Part shown: positions 37,250 through 45,420 of the stretch, in pieces | How positions within the stretch are numbered: position 1 is the stretch's first letter | Layout of the letters: every line of letters begins with the position of its first letter | Program-made: the position numbers and the translations under genes | Source: Candidatus Niyogibacteria bacterium | Lineage (GTDB): Bacteria > Patescibacteriota > Minisyncoccia > HO2-45-28 | Direction of reading: 5' to 3' | Assembly: GCA_016432485.1 (NCBI GenBank) | Contig: CP066691.1 | Span: 77,466 to 141,465, forward strand | DNA length: 64,000 bases | The notes under the pieces: model-generated | Told to the model about the DNA's origin: nothing | The model's database searches: none | What the model saw: the letters and a program-made list of their open reading frames with translations, nothing else

Positions 37250-37837
37250 CTAATTTTGGTGGTATTTGCTTGGTAAATTTTTCCGTCCCCACAGCATTGT
37301 CTCGGCCATCCAGATAAGTTCTTCCAAAAATTCATCAGCGCGTTGATTATACGCGTCGTCTTTCAATTTACCGTCGCTATCAAAAGTATTTTGAACTTGC
37401 GGAAAATTCAGATTGGAGAAAGTGACCGCCAGCCCCAGTTCTCTTACCACCGGAACAAGCGACTCAACGGCCCTGGTTCCTCCCCAGGGACCCGCTGAAA
37501 CACCCACAAGTCCGACTGCCTTATGCACATATTCCCGAAGCACGACATCCAAGAGCGATTTAAGCGTCCCGGGATAAGCGTGATTATATTCCGGAACAAC
37601 AACAACAAGCCCGTCGGCCTTTATTATCGCGTCGCGATATTCGGAGAATTTTCCCTTATCTTTAAGTGCTTGTCCGTAATCATTTGTCGGAAAGTTAAAG
37701 TCGCGGACATCAAAAAGTTTTGTCTCAATCTTTTCATGCCCGTTCATCCTGTCATATAAAAACTTGGCGACATTTTCGCTTTGCCTGCCTTCCCGGTTTG
37801 TTCCAAGAATTACCGGTATAAATAATTTTTCCGTCAT
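37250..37837 (-). CDS. NAD(P)H-dependent FMN reductase / flavodoxin-like protein
   Basis: GLVVVVPEYNHAYPGTLKSLLD. Confidence 0.6.
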   Translation of the reverse strand: MTEKLFIPVILGTNREGRQSENVAKFLYDRMNGHEKIETKLFDVRDFNFPTNDYGQALKDKGKFSEYRDAIIKADGLVVVVPEYNHAYPGTLKSLLDVVLREYVHKAVGLVGVSAGPWGGTRAVESLVPVVRELGLAVTFSNLNFPQVQNTFDSDGKLKDDAYNQRADEFLEELIWMAETMLWGRKNLPSKYHQN

Positions 37838-37863
37838 ATATTTGAGTTTTATTATTTATTAAA

Positions 37864-38100
37864 TTATTTAATTCCCAAAAGGCCGGAGAGCCGTTCTTTG
37901 TCAAAGCCGACCGTGAGTTCGCCGTCGATATCCGTCACAGGCACGCCCATTTGTCCCGACTTTTTAATCATTTCCTCGCGCGCCGCGGCGTCCGAAGCAA
38001 CGTCTTTTTCGGAATATTCAATATTATTTTCCTTGAAGAACGCCTTAGTCATCTTGCAGTAGACGCACGAAGGGGTGGTATAAATTGTTACATTTTTCAT
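37864..38100 (-). CDS. Glutaredoxin-like protein (CVYC)
   Basis: VTIYTTPSCVYCKMTK. Confidence 0.75.
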   Translation of the reverse strand: MKNVTIYTTPSCVYCKMTKAFFKENNIEYSEKDVASDAAAREEMIKKSGQMGVPVTDIDGELTVGFDKERLSGLLGIK

Positions 38101-38122
38101 AATTTTTATTTATTTTTTTAAT

Positions 38123-38404
38123 TTAACTTATAATTTTTAGAATCGATTTTACGACTGAATCGTTTCTTTTGACTTTATAGCATATTTTTTGGCCCATTCT
38201 TTCCCTTTTAACGAGCCCCGCCATTTCCAGAATCCTGAATTGCTGGGAGACCGCTGGAACCGATATTTTAAGGGCGGAGGCGATTTCCGAAACGCAAAAA
38301 TCCTTCTTTTTGGCAATCAGCTCAAGTATGCGAAACCTGCTCGGATCGCCCAATACATTGAAAATAAGCCGGGTTTTTTCTTTTTTTGCCTTATATTTAG
38401 CCAT
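38123..38404 (-). CDS. ArsR-family regulator (paralog of 28434-28745, two-Cys type)
   Basis: GDPSRFRILELI…FCVSEIASALKISVPAVSQQFRILEMAGLV…KICYK. Confidence 0.8.
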   Translation of the reverse strand: MAKYKAKKEKTRLIFNVLGDPSRFRILELIAKKKDFCVSEIASALKISVPAVSQQFRILEMAGLVKRERMGQKICYKVKRNDSVVKSILKIIS

Positions 38405-38470
38405 AGAATATTAAACATTTAAGCAACTACTTAAAGTATACTCCGAGATAAAAGCGGTGTCAACCCCGTT
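38405..38470 (-). promoter_or_regulatory. Promoter of the second arsR operon (minus strand: -35 TTGACA, 17 nt, -10 TATACT) with a ttaag…cttaa operator-like sequence
   Basis: Reverse complement reads cggggTTGACAccgcttttatctcggagTATACTttaagtagttgcttaaatg…ATG. It shares the GGGTTGACAC block with the arsR1 promoter. Confidence 0.5.
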
Positions 38471-38517
38471 TTAGAAAGACCTGTGTATAACTTCCCCTCT
38501 TTTATCTCTGCCCCGTC

Positions 38518-39048
38518 CTATATCCCGCCGCTTGCTCCCGGTATTTTCTCCGGGCCTCTGTTGCTGTAGCGTTTAATAAAATCTTCAATGCGTTGGACGG
38601 GCAGAATGTTATTTTCGATATTAAAAGTATCCAATCGGCCCCAGGCGGCAAGAGCTATGTCGGCATCGTTAGTTTCCCGCGGTTCTATGATGACTTTAGC
38701 GGCTCCGAACTCCTTTAATTGGTTTTTTATTTCGTCCGTAACGCGCGGATGGTAGGCAATCCAAACATCGCCATGCTCAAGATTATGGATAATATGCTGA
38801 TCGGCTATTGATTCGGCGCGAAATCCGGAGCGCGCGGTTTGTCCGTAGTGAGGCCCCGATGTGGGCGGATTTGAAGTATATTCCGGAAGCGGGCCGCCTA
38901 CGGCTATGTGGCTTATATTTTCCATAATAGGAATTTGTCGGCTAAAATCCTCGCCTTCGGGAGTGGCATTTTGTACCAAAAGATATAAACCGAAACTTAT
39001 GGCGGCAATAACAGCAATGATTATAATGTAAAATTTTAATTTGCGCAT
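38518..39048 (-). CDS. DUF3105-like secreted/membrane-anchored protein
   Basis: N-terminal TM. PPTSGPHYG and HNLEHGDVWIAY motifs. Confidence 0.45.
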   Translation of the reverse strand: MRKLKFYIIIIAVIAAISFGLYLLVQNATPEGEDFSRQIPIMENISHIAVGGPLPEYTSNPPTSGPHYGQTARSGFRAESIADQHIIHNLEHGDVWIAYHPRVTDEIKNQLKEFGAAKVIIEPRETNDADIALAAWGRLDTFNIENNILPVQRIEDFIKRYSNRGPEKIPGASGGI

Positions 39049-39096
39049 AAATTATATCGCATTTATTTAACAATAGTTTTTCGACTTAATTATATT

Positions 39097-39525
39097 TTAT
39101 TGGTTTTTTGAATATTCCGCAAGAAGTTTTGAGCTTGAGCGTATTTTTCCGCTTCGGCCGACGTTAAAAACCATTTTCACTCCAAGCTTTTTGCATATTT
39201 TAGCTTCGGGTATTGACGCTTCGTTTTTTCGGTCTCCGCCATTGGCAAATATATCCGGCTTGAATTTTTCTATCGCCTCCCCCACATCATTTCTGTCGCT
39301 TTGAAGCACATAAACATCATCAACATATCTTATGCTTTTTATCAGTTCGGCCCGGTCGTTTTGATTCATAAAAAATTTTCCTTTTTTGCGGACAAGCCAG
39401 TCATCGCAGTTTAAAACCACAAGAAGTTTTCCGCCAAGTTCTTTGGCTTCTTTGAACATCTCAAGATGGCCAACATGTATTGGGTCAAATCCGCCGGAAA
39501 CCATGACCACGCGCCCTTCTCGCAT
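39097..39525 (-). CDS. Cytidylyltransferase-like nucleotidyltransferase (HxGH; RfaE-domain-II/TagD-like)
   Basis: VVMVSGGFDPIHVGHLEMF. The ORF-track N-terminal extension (to 39627) runs into a tRNA gene and is rejected. Confidence 0.65.
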   Translation of the reverse strand: MREGRVVMVSGGFDPIHVGHLEMFKEAKELGGKLLVVLNCDDWLVRKKGKFFMNQNDRAELIKSIRYVDDVYVLQSDRNDVGEAIEKFKPDIFANGGDRKNEASIPEAKICKKLGVKMVFNVGRSGKIRSSSKLLAEYSKNQ

Positions 39526-39570
39526 ATATAAATCGTAATTAATCTCCTTTTTTCCGTCAAACTTGTTTTT

Positions 39571-39641
39571 TGGACCGTGGGAGAATCGAACTCCCGTCTC
39601 CCGGATGCAAACCGGGTGCATTGCCACTGTGCTAACGGCCC
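39571..39641 (-). tRNA. tRNA-Ala (anticodon TGC)
   Basis: Minus strand: GGGCCGT-TA-GCAC…TGCA-CCCGG-TTTGCAT-CCGGG-AGAC-GGGAG-TTCGATT-CTCCC-ACGGTCC-A. It has the G3:U70 Ala identity pair and the UGC anticodon. No encoded CCA. Confidence 0.8.
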
Positions 39642-39725
39642 CCTTTCACAGTTTAAAATTTATAATATAATAAAAACGGTGTTTTCTCAAGCCCTTTAAT
39701 CTATTTCAGCCAATGGAGGCGGCCG

Positions 39726-40436
39726 ATGACGGACAAAAATCCGCCGCCCCTCCGGCGGCGTATATTCTTATATCCGGGTAAAAATTCCAGAAAGGTCTGT
39801 TTCTTTACTCTTACGGCGCTTTGGGTTTTCTTTTTTTGGATGTGGGGGCCTCTGGGGCCGTTTAATCTCGGGGCGGCGGATAATGTTCTTTTTTCATCCA
39901 AGTGGTGGTTTGACACATTGGGACACGCTATTGCCGGAATTATGCTCATTTTTTCCTTCCTGTATATTTACCGAACTCCCCAGCGCGTTCTTGAACTTGA
40001 ACGGGATGAACAAAAACATGAAATTCTGATACTCTCCGCCAAAATCACGGTTTTCGCGATAGCCGTATTATGGGAAGTTTTTGAGATGGCTGTTGACTGG
40101 TATATAAATGACTATACCTTTGCCGAGTTCAAGCACAATATGCAAAAAGGGGGCGCGGACACCACCCTTGATATTGTCGCGACAGGATTTTGCGGCTGGC
40201 TGACGGCCGGGTGCTACGGGCTATATAAAAAAAGATTCAGGATCAGGCATCTGAATGAACATTTTGAAATAGACAAAAAAATAGAATTAATTCAGGCCTT
40301 AACCGGCGAAGTTTTGGATGATTTACGGGTCTTACGCAAAGAAGACCGCAAAGAACGAATGGTAAAATTAAAAAGGAATGCGAGAAAACTAATGAAATTT
40401 TTTAAAAAGAAAAGCCGCTCAATGGGCCGCCCCTAA
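39726..40436 (+). CDS. Hypothetical integral membrane protein
   Basis: ORF with several hydrophobic helices. Start uncertain. Confidence 0.4.
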   Translation: MTDKNPPPLRRRIFLYPGKNSRKVCFFTLTALWVFFFWMWGPLGPFNLGAADNVLFSSKWWFDTLGHAIAGIMLIFSFLYIYRTPQRVLELERDEQKHEILILSAKITVFAIAVLWEVFEMAVDWYINDYTFAEFKHNMQKGGADTTLDIVATGFCGWLTAGCYGLYKKRFRIRHLNEHFEIDKKIELIQALTGEVLDDLRVLRKEDRKERMVKLKRNARKLMKFFKKKSRSMGRP

Positions 40437-41437
40437 AGGACGGCTTTTTTCATGGCAAGTTCCAATAAATGGTCAATCAGTTGATGAAATTCAAGACCGG
40501 CGGCTTCCAGCGCTTTCGGGCAAAGACATTCGCCGGCAAGTCCGGGAAGCGTGTTTAATTCCAAAAAATATATCTTGTTTCCGGAAACTATGAAGTCCGA
40601 GCGCGAATAATGCCGGCAGCCGAGGGCATTATGCGCGATAACGGCAAGAGTTTTTAATTTGCGCGCTGTTTCATCATTAAACCTTCCTGGGCATATTTCC
40701 TGCGTAGAGCCGTCATATTTACATTCATAGTCAAAAAATTCTTTTCCTGTCGGTGGAATAATTTCCACAATCGGAAAAGCGTAGTGAGGTTGCTGCCGAA
40801 AATTATCTACAACCGCGCAAGTTGCCTCGCGTCCCTTGATGAAAGGTTCAACCAGTGCCGTTTTATCGCGTCTAAGCGCGTCAGAGATGCCGGTAATCAG
40901 GTCATAGACGGTGCGGCATACGCTTACGCCTATTGACGACCCACAGCCTGCTGGTTTTACAATTAGCGGTAGGCCGAATTGGCGGATAGCTTCTGCGGAT
41001 TTGCTTTTTATGTCATCTGAAGTTTTTACCGCGATATAAGGCATAACGGGCATAGCGGAAAGCCGGAGCACTTCTCTTGCAAGGTGTTTCTGCATGGCAA
41101 GGGATGAGGCCAGCGAGTCCGAGCCGGTGTAAGGAACGTTGTGCGCTTCAAAGATTTTCTGCGCGGTTCCGTCTTCGCCGTATTCGCCGTGCAGAGCGTT
41201 AAATATAACATCAATGGATTTAAAAATTTTATGCGGCTCGCCTTGTTTTCCGTATAAATGCCAGACGCCGGTTTTATCAATGAAAATATCAACTGGTTCG
41301 TACTTGTCCTGAGCTTGCTTGCCGTGAGCTTGTCGAATCAGTCGAAGGGTTTTAAGCACAGTCTCCCCTGTTTTCAGGGAAACCTCGTATTCCGATGAAG
41401 GCCCTCCGCGCAAAACTCCGACTTTGATTTTAGCCAT
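40433..41437 (-). CDS. ddl: D-alanine--D-alanine ligase
   Basis: MAKIKVGVLRGGPSSEYEVSLKTG N-terminus and ATP-grasp core. Start at MAKIK rather than the extended ORF. Confidence 0.85.
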   Translation of the reverse strand: MAKIKVGVLRGGPSSEYEVSLKTGETVLKTLRLIRQAHGKQAQDKYEPVDIFIDKTGVWHLYGKQGEPHKIFKSIDVIFNALHGEYGEDGTAQKIFEAHNVPYTGSDSLASSLAMQKHLAREVLRLSAMPVMPYIAVKTSDDIKSKSAEAIRQFGLPLIVKPAGCGSSIGVSVCRTVYDLITGISDALRRDKTALVEPFIKGREATCAVVDNFRQQPHYAFPIVEIIPPTGKEFFDYECKYDGSTQEICPGRFNDETARKLKTLAVIAHNALGCRHYSRSDFIVSGNKIYFLELNTLPGLAGECLCPKALEAAGLEFHQLIDHLLELAMKKAVL

Positions 41438-41485
41438 TAACTTTATTATACTGTAATAAGATTGAAGGCAAAATAGGAGACGCCG

Positions 41486-42313
41486 ATGCTCACAAGGCTT
41501 GATTTTTATGGTGGGCTTGAACAGCTCCGCGGTTTTAACAGTTTTCCGGCGCCGCATTTTTTTACAACATTGCAAGCCGGCAATATGTCTTCGGAATGGG
41601 GAGACGAGGAAGAGGTTTATGACAATTTTAAAAATTTTCTTCGTCAGGTGATGCCCCGTAGACCTAAGCCGGTTTTAATGCTCCCCGAGCATTCGCATAA
41701 AATTACTATTTTATCACCTCATCAGTCTTCCGCTTGGAATATCAAATGCGACGGCTTACTCACAGCGTCTCCACATATCGCGCTGGTGATGAAACCGGCG
41801 GATTGTCTTCCGGTCTTGATGACAACAGCCGACCGAAAATTTGTCGGTTTGATTCATGCCGGCTGGCGCGGGACAAATGAAGAAATTGCCAGCAAAGCCG
41901 TAGAATTAGCCGTTAGCGCTTACAAAGTTAAACCCGAAGAAATTTTTATCGGAATCGGACCCGGGATTCATGAGTGTTGTTATGATGATGAAGAATTGGC
42001 TCGTAAACTTTTATCGGATGAACGTTGGCGGCCGTTTATCAGCGGGGGTCCGCTCGGAGCGCGCATTGATTTGCTTGATTTTAACGTAAGACAGCTTTTG
42101 GGCGCCGGAGTTAAGCGTGAACATATAAAAGTCGCCGAAAATTGTACCTGCCATTCGCGGGAAAAAAATGAATATTTGTTTTTTTCTCATCACCGCGTGA
42201 AAAGGCAAAGCGAAGAAAAAGCGCGTTTGGAAAAAGAGGGTCGGTTTGAAGAAGCTGAAAAAATCATTCCGGAACCCGAAGGTCGACATGCCGCAGTCGT
42301 TTCAATGATTTAA
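41486..42313 (+). CDS. pgeF: YfiH/PgeF-family laccase-domain protein (peptidoglycan editing factor)
   Basis: HIALVMKPADCLPVL…GLIHAGWRGT…GIGPGIHECCYD. The start may lie downstream. Confidence 0.7.
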   Translation: MLTRLDFYGGLEQLRGFNSFPAPHFFTTLQAGNMSSEWGDEEEVYDNFKNFLRQVMPRRPKPVLMLPEHSHKITILSPHQSSAWNIKCDGLLTASPHIALVMKPADCLPVLMTTADRKFVGLIHAGWRGTNEEIASKAVELAVSAYKVKPEEIFIGIGPGIHECCYDDEELARKLLSDERWRPFISGGPLGARIDLLDFNVRQLLGAGVKREHIKVAENCTCHSREKNEYLFFSHHRVKRQSEEKARLEKEGRFEEAEKIIPEPEGRHAAVVSMI

Positions 42314-42352
42314 GGATTTAGATTTAAGAGCATAATCTAATATCAGCGGTCG

Positions 42353-42380
42353 CTTGTATTAGATTATCATAAAAAATCCC
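42353..42380. terminator. Bidirectional rho-independent terminator (tcccgac-gcgtt-gtcggga flanked by A/T tracts) between convergent genes
   Basis: aaaaaatcccgacgcgttgtcgggactttactttttag. Confidence 0.55.
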
Positions 42381-42397
42381 GACGCGTTGTCGGGACT

Positions 42398-43120
42398 TTA
42401 CTTTTTAGCCGCGATTTTGTCTTTGATGGCATTGAACACCGCCTCAATTGTTTTATCAAACATTTGGGGCTTTGAAAGTTCAGTTGAGTCAATCAAGATA
42501 ACCGGTTTTCCGGCGCCTTTCATTTCCTCATAACTTTGGCTGAAAATTTCAACTAGTTCACCCGTGGTTTTTAAATCAGTATAGCTCCCCTCTTTTGATT
42601 CAATGATTGTCGGCGCGTCAAGTTTCGCCCGCCTCTTTGCTTCTTCTGGCGAGCAGATTACATACAGGCATAGATCAATAAAGTCAAGTATTAGCGTATT
42701 GGTGAAGAATTTTTGAAATTCAGCCATTTCTTTTTTGCTTAGGTTGCCCCTGCGTTGCCAGAAAATCATCCATCCATGAGCGTCATAAAGCGCGCGGTCA
42801 AGCAAAACGACATCGTGGTCCCGGCCGGTTGCCGCGCTTGAAACATTAATAAGCCCATAAGCGCCGGTAGTCAGGTTATAAAGCGGCGTTTTTCGCGATA
42901 AAGCCCTGAAAACCTCGGCGCCTTCTTGAGGTCTATACACTTTGAAGGCGCTATGTCTGAAAATGGAATCCACGCCGTTAATCAGCGTAGTTTTGCCCGA
43001 GTTAGGCGAACCTGTAAGCTCTATAATGAGCGGTCTTGGGATTTCCTCGCGCAAGTTTCTTTTCAGAAATTCGCGCATTTCCTGTAAAAGTTTTTCAAAT
43101 TCTTTAGTTTGATTGGCCAC
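42398..43120 (-). CDS. P-loop nucleotide/nucleoside kinase-like protein
   Basis: Walker A ELTGSPNSGKTTL and VLLDRAL. Confidence 0.4.
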   Translation of the reverse strand: MANQTKEFEKLLQEMREFLKRNLREEIPRPLIIELTGSPNSGKTTLINGVDSIFRHSAFKVYRPQEGAEVFRALSRKTPLYNLTTGAYGLINVSSAATGRDHDVVLLDRALYDAHGWMIFWQRRGNLSKKEMAEFQKFFTNTLILDFIDLCLYVICSPEEAKRRAKLDAPTIIESKEGSYTDLKTTGELVEIFSQSYEEMKGAGKPVILIDSTELSKPQMFDKTIEAVFNAIKDKIAAKK

Positions 43121-43165
43121 TTCAAACTCCTTGTAAAAAAATTTTTATCTGACTAAAATGCTAAC

Positions 43166-43744
43166 ATGTTAAAAATGACCAAAATAGGTCTTGATTTAGA
43201 TGGCGTCATAATTGATCATACGTCAAGCCGGATTAAAAAGGCCCGCGAGCTTGGCTATGACGTCAAGCCTCGCGAAACTTCGACGCATATCATAAAAAAA
43301 CTTTTATCGCCGGAACATTATAAAGAACTTCAGATGTACGTTTATGGTCCGGCTTCACTTTTGGCGCCCACAATGGAGAGGGCGGCTGAACAGATTAAAA
43401 AGCTTGCGTCTAAAAACGAACTTTTCATAATTTCCCGCCGCAATATTTATGATGAAGGGGATAAGTTAGGCTTAAAATGGCTTGAATCTAACGGTTTATT
43501 TGATTTTATACCAAAAGATAAAATTATTTTCGTGCCTCACGACGAAAAGGGGGCAAAAAATGTTGCTGCCAAAAAACTGGGTATTGAAATTTATCTAGAC
43601 GACCAATTAAAAATTCTTGAAGAAATTCCGGATGTCAAAACCCGCGTTCTTTTTGACCAGCACAATATCTCTTCTCCTCCGCCTCCCTACGCCAAAGTGG
43701 TAAACTGGCTGGAGTTTGCCGATTTTGTATCCAAATTCTCCTAA
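43166..43744 (+). CDS. HAD-superfamily hydrolase (5'(3')-deoxyribonucleotidase-like)
   Basis: N-terminal IGLDLDGVIIDH (DxDxV/T motif). Confidence 0.55.
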   Translation: MLKMTKIGLDLDGVIIDHTSSRIKKARELGYDVKPRETSTHIIKKLLSPEHYKELQMYVYGPASLLAPTMERAAEQIKKLASKNELFIISRRNIYDEGDKLGLKWLESNGLFDFIPKDKIIFVPHDEKGAKNVAAKKLGIEIYLDDQLKILEEIPDVKTRVLFDQHNISSPPPPYAKVVNWLEFADFVSKFS

Positions 43745-43880
43745 AAAACTAAACACCGAGTGTCTAGTAAAAATTGATAAAAAATAAAACCCCGCTTTAT
43801 AAAATACTCTTATCCTTGACGTCAACCCCATAAGCAAAGCAGAATTTAACTAAAGAACCTTGTTTTATGGGGGCTTCGAA

Positions 43881-44492
43881 ATGCTGCGAATAGCTATTTT
43901 GGGAGCGACCGGCGTCGGTAAGGACACCCTTTGCCGTCTGCTTGCCAACGATCTGGCGCGATATTCTCTCGCTCGGAAAAAGCTGGTTAAAATCCGAGAA
44001 ATTCAGGAGTACTCGGTTTTGTGGACGGATAAAACCGGCGGAACAAAAGAATTTTTTGAACAATTTTGGATTTATCAGATGCAAAGGGAATGGGACCATG
44101 ATTTTGACTCGCGCTCAAACGATGACTTTTGCGCGGTTATTTTACGAGCACCCGCTCCACTGGCATACTTTTTTGCTCTCGCTTTCGCCGATATTAAAGA
44201 CGAAAAGCATCGCGAGGCCCTTGCCGACCTCTACAAAGAGGCGTTGGGCGAACTTTTGAAATACGATCTGATATTTTTCCTTCCCATTGAATTTAATGTG
44301 CCAGAGGGAGACCGTTTGCGTAAAAAAGATTTCCGTTTTAATGTTAACGCGTCAATCAGGTCATTTCTTCCCCTGCATAAAATACCTTTTATTGAAATAC
44401 GCGGCACGGAAACTGAAAGAGCCAAAAAAGTTGCAAGAGCAGTTAAAGATATGTTTAAAGCCAAAGTCGCCCAAGAGACGCAAAAATCTTAA
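43881..44492 (+). CDS. P-loop NTPase, hypothetical
   Basis: MLRIAILGATGVGKDTL Walker A. Confidence 0.4.
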   Translation: MLRIAILGATGVGKDTLCRLLANDLARYSLARKKLVKIREIQEYSVLWTDKTGGTKEFFEQFWIYQMQREWDHDFDSRSNDDFCAVILRAPAPLAYFFALAFADIKDEKHREALADLYKEALGELLKYDLIFFLPIEFNVPEGDRLRKKDFRFNVNASIRSFLPLHKIPFIEIRGTETERAKKVARAVKDMFKAKVAQETQKS

Positions 44493-44494
44493 AA

Positions 44495-44520
44495 GTCCCG
44501 CTGTTGTCGGGACTTTTGTT
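44495..44520 (+). terminator. Rho-independent terminator (agtcccg-ctgttg-tcgggact + tttgtttt)
   Basis: Seen in sequence. The stem is related to the one at 42353. Confidence 0.5.
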
Positions 44521-44551
44521 TTGAGTGAAAAAATGTATAATAAATAATTAA

Positions 44552-44664
44552 GGGCGTATAGCTCAGTGGGTCAAAAGCGTTTAAATAGCTTTTGACGGGC
44601 GATTACAATAATTTAAATATAAATTTAGGTCGCCCAGGGAGAGCGCAGTCCTGACCCCAGTACC
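44552..44664 (+). other. tRNA-like 5' fragment (GGGCGTATAGCTCAGTGGGT…GGAGAGCGCAGTCCTGACCCCAGTACC) interrupted by two AT-rich hairpins; not a complete tRNA
   Basis: tRNA-like acceptor/D-arm sequence, but no complete cloverleaf can be folded. Its 3' end, CCCCAGTACC, is complementary to GGTACGGGG at 44781-44789. Confidence 0.35.
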
Positions 44665-44673
44665 AAAAAATTT

Positions 44674-44747
44674 GCGGCTATAGCTCAGTTGGTTAGAGCG
44701 CGTCACTGATAATGACGAGGTCCTTGGTTCGAGTCCAAGTAGCCGCA
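44674..44747 (+). tRNA. tRNA-Ile (anticodon GAT)
   Basis: GCGGCTA-TA-GCTC-AGTTGGTTA-GAGC-G-CGTCA-CTGATAA-TGACG-AGGTC-CTTGG-TTCGAGT-CCAAG-TAGCCGC-A. A perfect cloverleaf. Confidence 0.9.
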
Positions 44748-44780
44748 CTAAATGTAGAGCAAATTTTTGGTACGGGGCAA

Positions 44781-44820
44781 GTAATGACGAGGCCGGAGGT
44801 TCGATCCCTCCCATGCCCAC
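44781..44820 (+). other. tRNA 3'-half-like fragment with T-arm, acceptor 3' strand and encoded CCA (…TGACGAGGCC-GGAGG-TTCGATC-CCTCC-CATGCCC-A-CCA)
   Basis: The T-arm carries compensatory changes relative to tRNA-Ile. No matching 5' half lies adjacent. Acceptor pairing with 44552-44558 is partial. Confidence 0.35.
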
Positions 44821-44828
44821 CAGAATAG

Positions 44829-44911
44829 AACTCAAAGGGTTTTGAGAGACCGAATTGTGGGCGGCGCAAAGCGCCGCCCACCAAATGGCTCTCAAAAAGC
44901 CGTTGAGTTTT
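44829..44911 (+). other. Cluster of three nested hairpins, including the 11-bp GC stem gtgggcggcgc-aaa-gcgccgcccac, directly after the tRNA region
   Basis: ctcaaagggttttgagag / gtgggcggcgcaaagcgccgcccac / ctctcaaaaagccgttgag, read directly. Confidence 0.5.
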
Positions 44912-44949
44912 ATCATGGTGTATTTATACGACCAAGCTCGAACCTATTT

Positions 44950-45420
44950 TAGCAGAAATTTCTGACACTGACGAACGCCCCGCCGCCCGCCTCCGCTAAC
45001 GCTCCGGCGGCAACCTCGCAGAAAAATATCCTCCGCAATTCTTTTTTTGCGCGCGCCCGATTTTTTCCTAAACAAGGAAGAGGATATTTTCTGCTCGGTT
45101 CCGCCCTCCAAGTATTTGGGCGGAGCGGCGGGGCTTCCATTCGCTTGGACGGCGCGGAATTCCCCCCTTGAACCCCCCTTCCGCCGCGCCCGAGCCGAAG
45201 CGAAGCCCCGTCGCCTGCTCTTTTAAGAGCAGAAGCCAGCAAAAAAGTTTTCTTCACCTTTTAGAAGAAAAAATTTATGGCGCGCGAAAATCAAAAATTG
45301 AGAAGAAAACTTTTTTGCTGGCTGGCGAGCGTCAGCGAGCGGCGGCGGGGCGAAGCGTCAGGCGTTCCGTTCAAAATAGGTTCGGATTATTTTCAGAGTA
45401 CTCCACAAGACTCCAAAATT
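44950..45420. repeat. GC-rich block containing several degenerate copies of the CCGCC…GGCGG palindromic element family
   Basis: For example, ccccgccgcccgcctccgctaacgctccggcgg (44988-45010) is approximately the reverse complement of the 36402 copy. ggagcggcggggc is repeated at 45122 and 45333. The ORFs predicted here (44949..45257, 45168..45437) look spurious. Confidence 0.5.

Noticed and set aside
39526-39627. N-terminal 34 codons of ORF 39097..39627
   Set aside because: They read through a tRNA-Ala gene. The conserved HxGH domain begins right after the downstream Met.
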